A stretch of 64,000 nucleotides of DNA from Calditrichota bacterium. GTDB lineage: Bacteria; Calditrichota; Calditrichia; RBG-13-44-9; J042. Below are positions 41,515 through 51,658 of the stretch, one piece after another. The position numbers and the translations under genes were made by a program. The stretch's first letter is position 1. Every line of letters starts with the position of its first letter. Under the pieces are notes generated by a model. That model had not been told where the DNA came from, made no database searches, and saw nothing but the letters and a program-made list of their open reading frames with translations. The stretch lies in the NCBI GenBank assembly GCA_013150955.1, contig JAADJD010000005.1, positions 31,096-95,095 of the forward strand. Reading direction: 5' to 3'.

Positions 41515-43599
41515 ATGCCTGAGTTGATACCCACCCGCGAAATCTTTCGACATTTCCCCACGTGGGCTCAGTTGCTGTTTTATGCCATTGCTTTTGGCGG
41601 CACGCTGATCTTTTTCTACGGTGTGTATTCCCGCATTCAGAAATATCGTCAGGGTCGCCCGGAAAACCGATTCGACAATTTGCCCGGACGATTTGTCCAG
41701 GCCCTGACCACCGTTTTGCGAAATAAAACTATTTATCGGGGGGATCCCTTTGCCGGATTTGCCCACAGTCTCATCCTGTGGGGCTTCATTGTCCTGTTCA
41801 TTGGAACGGTGATTGTGTTCATCGATCACGACATCCTGCGGCTGCTGGGGTACCGCTTGCTTCAGGGAACGTTCTATCTGTGGTTTTCTCTGATTCTGGA
41901 TATTTTTGGGGTATTATTTCTGGTTGGATTGGTGCTCATGTGGTTTCGTCGCACCCTGGTCATGCCTTTTAAGCTGGACTACAGCCGGGTGGATCGCAAA
42001 GAAGAAGAATACGATCGCCGGGGGTATGCCACCGATGATGCGGTTTTTCTGGGCCTGCTGTTTTTTATCGGAGTTAGTGGTTTCCTGATAGAAGGTTTCC
42101 GCATTTATGCCGATCAACCGGAGTGGGCCAGATGGTCTCCGGTGGGCTGGTTGACGGCGGAATTTCTCAGTTTTATGCGCCTGAGTCCGGCCACCATCAA
42201 TTTCTGGCATGCCACCACCTGGTGGACGCACGCAGTGGCAGTGATGATTTTTCTGGCCTACATTCCGTTTTCCAAAGCCATGCACATGTTCACCGATTTT
42301 GCCAATCTAATGTTTCGGGATGAAAACGTGCCCCGGCGGTTGCCCGGTATCACCGAGGCGCAAATGAAAGAAGGCATGGGCTACAAAAAAATTACCGATT
42401 TTACCTGGAAGGAATTGCTGGACCTGGATGCCTGCACCAAGTGTGGGCGTTGCCACGAAGCCTGCCCGGCCCGAAGTGCAGGACAACCCCTTTCCCCGCG
42501 GGATTTGATCCTGGATCTGCGCACCTTTGCCGATGCGACCTTCGGCACCAGCGAATGGTTTACTCAGAAGGTTAACGGGTGGGATACCCGCACCGCCGTC
42601 GTCGCCGGAGATGTGATTAAAGCCGAAACCCTGTGGTCCTGTACCACCTGCATGGCCTGTGTGGAGAGTTGTCCCGTGGGCATCGAACATCTGCTTCACA
42701 TCGTGCAGATGCGCCGCACGCTGGTGGACGAAGGTAACATGGATGATTCCCTGCAGGAAGCCCTGATGAACATCGGCGATTATGGTAATTCCTTCGGGCA
42801 ACCTGAACGCGCCCGCGGTAAATGGACTCAGGGACTGGATTTTAAAATTAAGGATGCCCGCAAAGAGGAAGTGGAATATTTGTGGTTCGTTGGAGATTAT
42901 GCCTCATTCGATCCCCGTATTCAGGAAAATTCCAGAACCGTGGCCCGTATTTTCAATAAATTGGGCATCGATTTTGGCATCCTGTATGACGGGGAGAAAA
43001 ACGCGGGCAATGATGTGCGTCGGGTGGGAGAAGAAGGGTTGTATGAAATGCTGGTGGAAGACAATATGGCCGTTTTGCAAAAAGCCAGATTTAAAAAGAT
43101 TGTGACCACCGATCCGCATTCCTACAACACCCTGAAGAATGAATATCCCGAATTTGGGCTGGAAGCGCCCGTTTTTCACTACACGCAGGTGCTGGCCCAG
43201 TTGATTGACGAGGGAAAATTGCGGTTTAATAAGAAGTTGAATTACAAAGTCACCTACCACGATCCCTGCTACCTGGGACGCTATAATCGGGAAACCGAAG
43301 CACCGCGGAAGATTTTGCAGGCATTGGGGGTGGAATTTAAGGAAATGCCCCGTTGTGGTACCAATACCTTCTGTTGTGGGGCCGGGGGTGGTCGCATCTG
43401 GATGGATGATTCCAATATCCAGGAACGCCCCAGCGAGCAACGGATTAGAGAAGCCCTGGCGCTGGGAGAGCTGGATTATTTCGTTGTAGCCTGTCCCAAG
43501 GATTATGCCATGTATTCCGATGCGGTGAAGACCTCGGGAAATGAGGGGAAGATTGAGGTAAAGGACATTATTCAACTGGTGGAGGAAGCGTTGAGTTAA
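41515..43599 (+). CDS. ETF:menaquinone oxidoreductase (EMO/FadF-like membrane Fe-S protein)
   Basis: NarI-like TM domain with His residues, CTKCGRCHEACP, CTTCMACVESCP, CCG domains; follows etfBA. Confidence 0.85.
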   Translation: MPELIPTREIFRHFPTWAQLLFYAIAFGGTLIFFYGVYSRIQKYRQGRPENRFDNLPGRFVQALTTVLRNKTIYRGDPFAGFAHSLILWGFIVLFIGTVIVFIDHDILRLLGYRLLQGTFYLWFSLILDIFGVLFLVGLVLMWFRRTLVMPFKLDYSRVDRKEEEYDRRGYATDDAVFLGLLFFIGVSGFLIEGFRIYADQPEWARWSPVGWLTAEFLSFMRLSPATINFWHATTWWTHAVAVMIFLAYIPFSKAMHMFTDFANLMFRDENVPRRLPGITEAQMKEGMGYKKITDFTWKELLDLDACTKCGRCHEACPARSAGQPLSPRDLILDLRTFADATFGTSEWFTQKVNGWDTRTAVVAGDVIKAETLWSCTTCMACVESCPVGIEHLLHIVQMRRTLVDEGNMDDSLQEALMNIGDYGNSFGQPERARGKWTQGLDFKIKDARKEEVEYLWFVGDYASFDPRIQENSRTVARIFNKLGIDFGILYDGEKNAGNDVRRVGEEGLYEMLVEDNMAVLQKARFKKIVTTDPHSYNTLKNEYPEFGLEAPVFHYTQVLAQLIDEGKLRFNKKLNYKVTYHDPCYLGRYNRETEAPRKILQALGVEFKEMPRCGTNTFCCGAGGGRIWMDDSNIQERPSEQRIREALALGELDYFVVACPKDYAMYSDAVKTSGNEGKIEVKDIIQLVEEALS

Positions 43600-45997
43600 A
43601 CCCGGATTGTGCATGAGAACCCCAAATGACACGAATGAACACAAATAAACCCAGATTATGCAGTAGACCACGAATTACACGAATTAACACAAATAAAACC
43701 AATAAAATGTATTAGATTATGTATGGATGAAAATGTGGTCTAGGGTTTATTCACGATTTTGTAGATATTTTTTGGTTTCATTCGTGTGATTCGCGGTTTA
43801 GTGCATGATTTGGGATAATAAACAGGCGGATCACCACCCCACAAAATCCCCCCAAATCCGCAATCCGCAATCCCAAATCCGAAATCCGACATCCGCAATC
43901 CGAAATCCAGCATCGTTTCCGGTTGCCCTACAGGCAACGTGGGCAGTTAGGGTGGTGACGTATGGACCCCCACGCGCTGCGTGGGGCTACCCTCTTTTTG
44001 CCCTTCGGGCAAATGGTCTCCAGAGAAAATCCCGCAAAATCATTTCACCCGGATGACACCCACTACCATGAACCCGAACCACCACCACGCAAAATCCCCC
44101 CAAATCCGACATCCGACATCCGCAATCCGAAATCCACCATCCTTTCCGCCCCGAAGGGGCAGCATATGGTAACCCGGGGCACCGCCCCGGGAGTCAGAGA
44201 AGCTTACCAGGAAGAACCCCTGCGCCCTTTAAGGGCACAATAAACCCAGATTATGCGATAGCCTACGAATTACACGAATTAACACAAATAAAACCAATAA
44301 AATGCATTGGATTGTGTATGATTGGATTGTGTATGGATGAAAATGTGGTCCAGGGTTTCTTCGCAATTTTGTAGATATTTTTGGTTTTATTCGTGTGATT
44401 CGCGGTTTAATGCATGATTTGGGATAATAAACAGGCGAACCACCACCCCACAAAATCCCCCCAAATCCACAATCCGAAATCCGCAATCCGAAATCCGAAA
44501 TTTTCCGGTTGCCCTACAGGCAACGTGGGGAGTTAGGGTGGTGCCGTGTGGTCCCCACGCGCTGCGTGGGGCTACCCTCTTTTTGCCCTTCGGGCAAATG
44601 GCCTCCCACGGAAAATCCCGCAAATTCATTTCACCCGGATGACGTCCACTACCCTGAACCCAAACCATCACCACGCAAACTCACCCATCACCCCCCAAAT
44701 CCGCAATCCGCAATCCGAAATTCGAAATCCGCAATCCGAAATCCACCATCCTTTCCGCCCCGAAGGGGCAGCATATGGTAACCCGGGGCACCGCCCCGGG
44801 ATCAGAGAAGCTCACCAGAAGAACCCCTGCGCCCTGTAAGGGCACAATAAACCCAGATTATGCGATAGCCTACGAATTACACGAATTAACACAAATAAAA
44901 CCAATAAAATGCATTGGAAATAAAATGCATTGGATTGTGTATGGATGAAAATGTGGTCCAGGGTTTCTTCGCAATTTTGTAGATATTTTTTGGTTTTATT
45001 CGTGTGATTCGCGGTTTAATGCATGATTTGGGATAATAAACAGGCGGATCACCACCCCACAAAATCCCCCCAAATCCCAAATCCGAAATCCGACATCGGC
45101 AATCCGAAATCCAGCATCATTTCCGGTTGCCCTGCAGGCAACGTGAGGGGGTAAGGGTGGCGCCATGTGGTCCCCACGCGCTGCGTGGGGCTACCCTCTT
45201 TTTGCCCTTCGGGCAAATGGCCTCCACGGAAAATCACGCAAATTCATTTCACACGGATGACACCCACCACCGTGAACCCGAACCACCACCCCGCAAAATC
45301 CCCCCAAATCCGAAATCCGCAATCCGAAATTCGAAATCCGCAATCCGAAATCCACCATCCGCAATCCGATATCCACCACCTTTCCGCCCCGAAGGGGCAG
45401 CATATGGTAACCCGGGGCACCGCCCCGGGAGTCAGAGAAGCTCACCAGAAGAATCCATGCGCCCTGTAAGGGCACAATAAACCCAGATTATGCGATAGCC
45501 TACGAATTACACGAATTAACACAAATAAAACCAATAAAATGCATTGGACAATAAAATGCATTGGATTGTGTATGGATGAAAATGTGGTCCAGGGTTTCTT
45601 CGCAATTTTGTAGATATTTTTGGGTTTCATTCGTGTGATTCGCGGTTTATTGCATTGTTTGGGATAAAAAACAGGTGGGCAACCACCCCACAAAATCCCC
45701 CCAAATCCGCAATCCGCCATCCGAAATCCGAAATCCGAAATCCAGCATCGTTTCCGGTTGCCCTACAGGCAACGTGGGGAGTTAGGGTGGCGCCATGGGG
45801 TCCCCACGCGCTGCGTGGGGCTACCCTCTTTTTGCCCTTCGGGCAAATGGCCTCCACGGAAAATCCCGCAAATTCATTTCACCCGGACGACGCCCACTAC
45901 CGTGAACCCAAACCATCAACACGCAAACTCACCCCTCACCCCCCAAATCCGCAATCCGCAATCCGACATCCGAAATCCGAAATCCGCAATCCCCAAC
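43600..45997. repeat. Tandem array of ~3.9 composite units (periods 595, 607, 630 bp)
   Basis: Units start at 43646, 44241, 44848 and 45478; each has a MITE copy, AATCCG(C/A) heptamers and triple-hairpin cassettes. Confidence 0.92.
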
Positions 45998-47470
45998 CTA
46001 ATCCCCCTCCGCCAATCTTTCTTCCGCAATCTTCTGGAACACCTTTCGGTTGGGCTTAATCATGTATTCGGTCTTTTCGGGCCAGGGGAAAAAGTGGTCT
46101 GGAATTTTAAATCCAGGCAAAAACGCCCGGAGCAGTTGACGCATCCGGTCCGCATCCAATTCGGGGGCGTCCTCGTTCATTTCCAGAAAGGCAACCGGGC
46201 GCTGCCCGTATTCAGCATGCGGCACCGGCACCACCAGCGCCTGTTTGACACCTGGCAACCGCAGCAACATGGCTTCTATTTCTTCCGGCTGAATATTTTC
46301 CCCTCCCGAAATGAACATGTTATCCTTACGTCCCACCACCTTTAAATATCCATCAATCGTCCAGCGGCCAATATCCCCGGTGTGGAACCAGCCCAACTCG
46401 TCCACCGGACGATCCAGTTGCCCCTCTTTCCAGTATCCTTTAAACAGGGTCGGGCCTTTTACCAGAATTTCGCCATCGGCAGCGATGTGCACTTCCCGGT
46501 ATGGCAGTGGCTTTCCCGCAGTTAACAATTGCTGCAGGGTATCCCCCGGACGCGTGGTGGTTATCTGCGAACCCATCTCCGTGGACCCATAGGTGGTAAA
46601 CAGCGGGGGCCGAAGATCCAGAGCCTGCTGGATGAGGTGCGGCGGTATGGGACCGCCACCTGTCAATATGCATTTAAGCGACGAACGATAGCCCGGCCCG
46701 GGAATCTCCTGCAGAAAACGTTGCAACTGGGTGGCCACCACGGAAAGGTGAGTAATTTGATGGCGCTCGATGATTTCCGGGGTAATGGCGCGGTTTTCCG
46801 GGATGACAATGGCTCCACCCCCCAGCAAGGCCCGAAAAATAATAGCCAATCCCCCTACATGAAACAACGGCAGGCTGAGCAGCCAGCGATCACCCACTTT
46901 GAAGGGGATGTTCTGATTGGCTCCGCGAGCATTGTAATAATGGTTCGCCCAGGTGTGACAGGCCGCTCGCGGTTCACCGGTGGTGCCGGAGGTGAAAATA
47001 AGCGTCAGTTCTGGATCCGGATGATGCCACGCGCCCTCCACAATCGGTTGTTTTCGAGAAGCAAATAACGATTCCAGCTCCATCAGGGGAATTGTCCAGT
47101 CTGGTGGCAGTGCCGATGCCAGTTCGGCTTCAACGATCAGCGCGTGGGCCTGCACGGTGGCCAGATGCATGCGCAAGTTTTCGATGGGGAGCTTTGGATT
47201 CAATGGCGCGGTTAGAATCTCCCGATACCAGCAGGCCATCAGCAGAACCACCAGCTCCCAGCGATTGCGGCACCAGATGGCCAGACGTTTACCCGGGCCA
47301 AGATCCATTTCCTGTAACCGATCGGCAATTTCCCGGATCATCCGTTCGTATTCCGCAAAGGAGATGATCCGGTCAGGCGTTACCAGCGCCGGGGCCTCAG
47401 GCATCTGGCGTGCCCGTTGTTGTAACATGGGAACCATCCCTGATAGATGCAATTTCAACGCCCCCTTCAT
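45998..47470 (-). CDS. menE: o-succinylbenzoate--CoA ligase
   Basis: FTSGTTGEP, LPLFHVGG, TYGSTEM, GRKDNMFISGGENI; men cluster. Confidence 0.9.
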   Translation of the reverse strand: MKGALKLHLSGMVPMLQQRARQMPEAPALVTPDRIISFAEYERMIREIADRLQEMDLGPGKRLAIWCRNRWELVVLLMACWYREILTAPLNPKLPIENLRMHLATVQAHALIVEAELASALPPDWTIPLMELESLFASRKQPIVEGAWHHPDPELTLIFTSGTTGEPRAACHTWANHYYNARGANQNIPFKVGDRWLLSLPLFHVGGLAIIFRALLGGGAIVIPENRAITPEIIERHQITHLSVVATQLQRFLQEIPGPGYRSSLKCILTGGGPIPPHLIQQALDLRPPLFTTYGSTEMGSQITTTRPGDTLQQLLTAGKPLPYREVHIAADGEILVKGPTLFKGYWKEGQLDRPVDELGWFHTGDIGRWTIDGYLKVVGRKDNMFISGGENIQPEEIEAMLLRLPGVKQALVVPVPHAEYGQRPVAFLEMNEDAPELDADRMRQLLRAFLPGFKIPDHFFPWPEKTEYMIKPNRKVFQKIAEERLAEGD

Positions 47471-48615
47471 ATACCGCTCCTGATTAATGTGAGCATATTT
47501 CGATTAACCTGGTATTGATGGTCGATTACCTCCGTTAAGAAAAACGCGCCGCCCCTGGGCCTGAGAGAGGTTTCCAGAATGTCCTGCTTAAAATACAAAA
47601 AGGTGCTCAGCCCCTGCGGGGACAAATCGTCGATCCAGGCACTGGCCAGTTGTACCAGCGTGGCCAGGGTATACCCGGTGTAAAAAGAGCAGCTCAGGAT
47701 AGGGCGAATGCCCCGTTGTTGTACCCGTTTGATGAGCTGGTAGGTGGTGCTGAGTTCCCCAAAAAACTCCGGTTTAAAAACGATCGCCTGCACACCGGGC
47801 AACAGCATTTTTTCCACATCCCGGGCCTCCCCGATGGATTCATCCAGGGCCACCGGGATACCAGTTGCCTCGTAAAATTGGGGGACCATCCGGGGATCTC
47901 TCAGGGGTTCTTCGATGTACTCGATGTTCAACGGGGCCACGGCTTTTCCGAAGGCAATGGCCGCCTCCAGCTCCCAGCGGCGATTGGCATCCAGCCGCAG
48001 CTGAATCTGATCCCCCAGCGCCGATCGAATGTCCTCCAGCAGGCGAATTTCCTGTCGGAACGGTTTTCGGCCAACCTTGATTTTAATTGCCGGATATCCT
48101 TCTTCCCGGAACGTCATGCAGCGAAAAACCGCCTGTTCATTCAGATCGTTCAACAGGGCGTTTGTCGGTATCCGCAGGTGGGGTTTTCCGTTCCAGATGT
48201 GCGACAGCGGTGTGTCGTGTTGCTGGCACAACAGGTGGAGAAATGCCTGATCCAGTGCAAATCGAATGAGAGGCGAAACGGGCACTTTCCATTTCCAGTG
48301 AATGGGAAACATATCGCTGGTGCGCTGGAAAAGGTTGATATCCCCGCTGTGGATCATCTGCAGCGTCAGCAAAAGCTCCAGGCGAATCTGATAGCCAATC
48401 TGGGGATGAAAGCCAGGCAGATAGGAGACTTCTCCCAGCCCCCGTCGACCCTCGGCATCCTCCAGTTCAATAAAAAATCCATGACGAACTCGCATCCGTT
48501 TAACCGAATATTGCAATTGCCGCAGCAAAGGCAGTCGATACGCATATAGCCGCACGTGTTGAATGGTGGAGCGAGCGATAAACGCCTGTGATCGTGTTGA
48601 ATGGGACGATGGCAT
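47467..48615 (-). CDS. menC: o-succinylbenzoate synthase
   Basis: Enolase superfamily motifs KIKVG, LRLDAN, YIEEP, ALDES. Confidence 0.88.
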   Translation of the reverse strand: MPSSHSTRSQAFIARSTIQHVRLYAYRLPLLRQLQYSVKRMRVRHGFFIELEDAEGRRGLGEVSYLPGFHPQIGYQIRLELLLTLQMIHSGDINLFQRTSDMFPIHWKWKVPVSPLIRFALDQAFLHLLCQQHDTPLSHIWNGKPHLRIPTNALLNDLNEQAVFRCMTFREEGYPAIKIKVGRKPFRQEIRLLEDIRSALGDQIQLRLDANRRWELEAAIAFGKAVAPLNIEYIEEPLRDPRMVPQFYEATGIPVALDESIGEARDVEKMLLPGVQAIVFKPEFFGELSTTYQLIKRVQQRGIRPILSCSFYTGYTLATLVQLASAWIDDLSPQGLSTFLYFKQDILETSLRPRGGAFFLTEVIDHQYQVNRNMLTLIRSGI

Positions 48616-48906
48616 CCGTTACCACCCTTTTCCTATTCTTTGAATGGACTGAGGGCTACCGGGCACCGGGAAGATCCTGATTCCCATTCTCAGAAATCAC
48701 CGCAACCAGTGATTCGCTTCTTTTAAACGGCGGTTATCCGGGTAAAATGCCTGTTCCCGGAACCCTGCCTGAGCGGGTTGTTTCCCGGTGACTCGATTGA
48801 TTGGGCACCTCCTGGATTGGCATAAGGGCCAATCCACACATTGTATGTCAATCCGTTCCGTTTTTATGCCAGGTGAACCGTCTTGAAGGTGAAAAAGATT
48901 TTTTCA

Positions 48907-49818
48907 TCATCCCGGCAGAATCCATCCAATGGAAAACAGGAGACTGTATATGAATACCATTTTTCCAGTGCGTGCAAGGGTTTGATTGAGCACTGCGGGA
49001 TCATTGAAGTTAAAAACGGTCTTGATTTCACCAATTGCCGGGATGAGGATGAGAATAGCCAGGATACTGAAGTAATGGGTGTGCAGGGTCATGGACAGAT
49101 ACACGGGCAGGAAAGCCGCAACCAGGATGCAGAACACATATTCCCACTGGGCAAAATGTTTGCCGAAGCGAACCGCCAGGGTTTTCTTACCCACTTCTCG
49201 ATCGGTGTCGATGTCGCGCAGATTGTTCACCGTGAGCAGGGCGGTGGAGAGGAGTCCGGGCGCCAGGCCTGCAATGGCCACCTCCGGGGTTAGCGTTAGC
49301 GCCTGCACGTAATACGTCCCCCCGACAGCCACCGGGCCAAAGAAAATGAGCACGAAAATATCCCCCAGCCCGTTGTAGCCCAGTGGGTACGGGCCACCGG
49401 TGTACAGAATACCGAACAGTATGGAAAGTAGCCCGATGATCAGGATGGGAATGCCCCCGCGCCAGATGAGATAGGTGCCAATGACAAAGGCCAGGAAAAA
49501 GGTGAATACAAAGGCGCGTTTCATGGTGGTCGGGGCGATCAGTCCAGCCTGAGTCACCCGCAATGGGCCCAGCCGTCCCTGTTGATCCGCCCCTTTCAGA
49601 TAATCGTAATAATCATTGGCCAGGTTGGTGCCAATCTGAATAAGAACGGCACCCACCAGTGCGGCCAGTGCGGCCAGCCAGTGGAATTTCCCGTCGGCAT
49701 AGGCCATTGCGGTTCCCATCAATACCGGGGCAACGGATGCCCACAGCGTTTTGGGACGTGCCGCCAGCCACCAGACTTTCCAGCGGGGTAACGCCGTTTG
49801 TGTATTCACCATTTCCAT
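48907..49818 (-). CDS. menA: 1,4-dihydroxy-2-naphthoate polyprenyltransferase
   Basis: ARPKTL, NLANDYYD, NNLRDIDTD...GKKTLAVR. Confidence 0.93.
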   Translation of the reverse strand: MEMVNTQTALPRWKVWWLAARPKTLWASVAPVLMGTAMAYADGKFHWLAALAALVGAVLIQIGTNLANDYYDYLKGADQQGRLGPLRVTQAGLIAPTTMKRAFVFTFFLAFVIGTYLIWRGGIPILIIGLLSILFGILYTGGPYPLGYNGLGDIFVLIFFGPVAVGGTYYVQALTLTPEVAIAGLAPGLLSTALLTVNNLRDIDTDREVGKKTLAVRFGKHFAQWEYVFCILVAAFLPVYLSMTLHTHYFSILAILILIPAIGEIKTVFNFNDPAVLNQTLARTGKMVFIYSLLFSIGWILPG

Positions 49819-49935
49819 CGGTCTTCCTGGATCGATTCAAACATACCTCCCGGGGGCTTTCACCACCCGGGAGGATAATTTATCATTCAAAAAGGAATTA
49901 CCCAACAGGTAGCGGTAGATTTTTTCTTTATCGCA

Positions 49936-50757
49936 TCAGGGACGCCGGGGGAACCGGGAAAAATCGGGTTTGCGCTTTTCCAGAAAAGCATTCCGGCCTT
50001 CCTGTCCTTCTTCCGTCTGATAAAAGAGCATGGTGGCACATCCTGCCAGTTCCTGCAATCCCGCCTGCCCATCGCAATCGGCATTCAGCGCCGCCTTCAA
50101 GCAGCGAATGGCGGTAGGGGAGTTGGCCAAAATTTCTTTGGCCCATTTGATGGTTTCTTCTTCCAGCTTTTCCAGAGGCACCACGGTATTTACCAGTCCC
50201 ATTTCCAGCGCTTCCTGAGCGGTATACTGGCGGCACAGGAACCAGATTTCCCGCGCCTTTTTCTGGCCCACCACGCGTGCCAGGTAGCTGGCACCGTACC
50301 CTCCATCGAAGGAGCCGACCCGCGGGCCGGTCTGGCCAAAAATGGCATTGTCAGCAGCGATGGTCAGATCGCACAGCAGGTGCAGGACATGTCCCCCGCC
50401 AATGGCATACCCGGCAACCATGGCGATAACCGGTTTCGGGCAGGTGCGAATTTGCCGCTGAAAATCCAGCACATTTAACCGGTGAATGCCTTTCTCATCC
50501 ACATAACCGGCATCGCCGCGGACTTTTTGATCCCCACCGGAACAAAAGGCCTTGGTGCCTTTCCCGGTCAGAATGATCACCCCAATTTGCTCATCATCGC
50601 GGGCATCGGCCAGCGCCTGGGACATTTCCATTACCGTCAGTGGACGAAACGCATTGCGCACTTCCGGGCGATTGATGGTGATCTTGGCGATTCCCTCTGC
50701 CTTGTGATACTCGATGTCGGTAAATTTTCCGGCTTCTACCCAATTCACAGTACTCAT
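49936..50757 (-). CDS. menB: 1,4-dihydroxy-2-naphthoyl-CoA synthase
   Basis: [29 protein letters not shown]. Confidence 0.96.
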   Translation of the reverse strand: MSTVNWVEAGKFTDIEYHKAEGIAKITINRPEVRNAFRPLTVMEMSQALADARDDEQIGVIILTGKGTKAFCSGGDQKVRGDAGYVDEKGIHRLNVLDFQRQIRTCPKPVIAMVAGYAIGGGHVLHLLCDLTIAADNAIFGQTGPRVGSFDGGYGASYLARVVGQKKAREIWFLCRQYTAQEALEMGLVNTVVPLEKLEEETIKWAKEILANSPTAIRCLKAALNADCDGQAGLQELAGCATMLFYQTEEGQEGRNAFLEKRKPDFSRFPRRP

Positions 50758-50797
50758 GTGTTCCTCCTATGATTGCTTATGTGTTTGTTGTATGATT

Positions 50798-51643
50798 TTA
50801 TTCGAGGGGGTGGTGTAAAAAGTCCAGGATTGCCTGTACAAAGGCGTCGGGATTTTCTCGGTGTATGTTGTGTCCACATCCAGCAATGACCTTTACGCTG
50901 CATTTAGGTGCCATCCTGACCATTTCCTCCGAAATGGCTCTAAATTTAGGGTCTTTTTCGCCGGTCAACAATAATAAAGGTTTTTTCAATGTGGGGAGGT
51001 GTTCCCACAGGGAAGGCTGCACCCCGGTGCCCATGCCCCGTAACACGTGAGCCAGCCATTCCGGACGGTTGTTCAGGCGCTGGCGGAAAAGGGCATCGAA
51101 TGATGGATGGTGTTTCAGCGTGCGGAAGAGGGGCTGGTTGTACCATTTTTCCAGAAAGCGAGGGAAGGGTTCCCGTTCCAGCTGGCGGGCCCAGTGCTCA
51201 TCCCACTGGCGGCGCTGGTGCCGTTCCGATGCGGTTCGCAGCCCCGGGGAGGCCGATTCCAGGACGATGGCCCGAAACAGATCGGGATAATGCACGGCCA
51301 GGTACAGTGCCAGACGCCCGCCCAGGGAGTATCCGATCAACACCACCGGGCTTTCAGAAGCGGTGCCAATCCATTGAGCCAGGGCCGCTGCCACACGGGG
51401 CATGGTAAAACAACGAGCATGGCCCGCTGGTGTGACCTCGGTTTTCCCGTGACCGGGTAAATCCACCGCCAGCGTGCGGTACCTTTCGGGAAGGCGTTTG
51501 ATCACATCTTCCCAGTCCAGATGACTTCCCAGAAAGCCATGAAAGAAGACCAGTGTGGGGTGGTGCGATCGTCCCTTTTCTCGAATGAAGAATCGATATC
51601 CACAGGGCGGTTGTTCGATAAGGGTGACGGATTCGGTTGCCAT
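50798..51643 (-). CDS. menH: SHCHC synthase (alpha/beta hydrolase)
   Basis: HGFLGS, DLPGHG, GYSLGGR, ESASPGL, GHNIH. Confidence 0.9.
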   Translation of the reverse strand: MATESVTLIEQPPCGYRFFIREKGRSHHPTLVFFHGFLGSHLDWEDVIKRLPERYRTLAVDLPGHGKTEVTPAGHARCFTMPRVAAALAQWIGTASESPVVLIGYSLGGRLALYLAVHYPDLFRAIVLESASPGLRTASERHQRRQWDEHWARQLEREPFPRFLEKWYNQPLFRTLKHHPSFDALFRQRLNNRPEWLAHVLRGMGTGVQPSLWEHLPTLKKPLLLLTGEKDPKFRAISEEMVRMAPKCSVKVIAGCGHNIHRENPDAFVQAILDFLHHPLE

Positions 51644-51658
51644 GCTTATTCCGTGTTT

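Noticed and set aside
30574..43599. Selenocysteine or recoding in the sulfur operon
   Set aside because: The ORFs appear full length with Cys at the motif positions; no in-frame TGA or frameshift is needed
43600..45997. CRISPR array
   Set aside because: Units are ~600 bp and homologous throughout, with no unique spacers and no cas genes
43740..46059. Short ORFs with IRNPQSAIRNPKS or ADCGFGG repeats
   Set aside because: They are translations of heptamer and hairpin repeats, with frames and ends inconsistent between units
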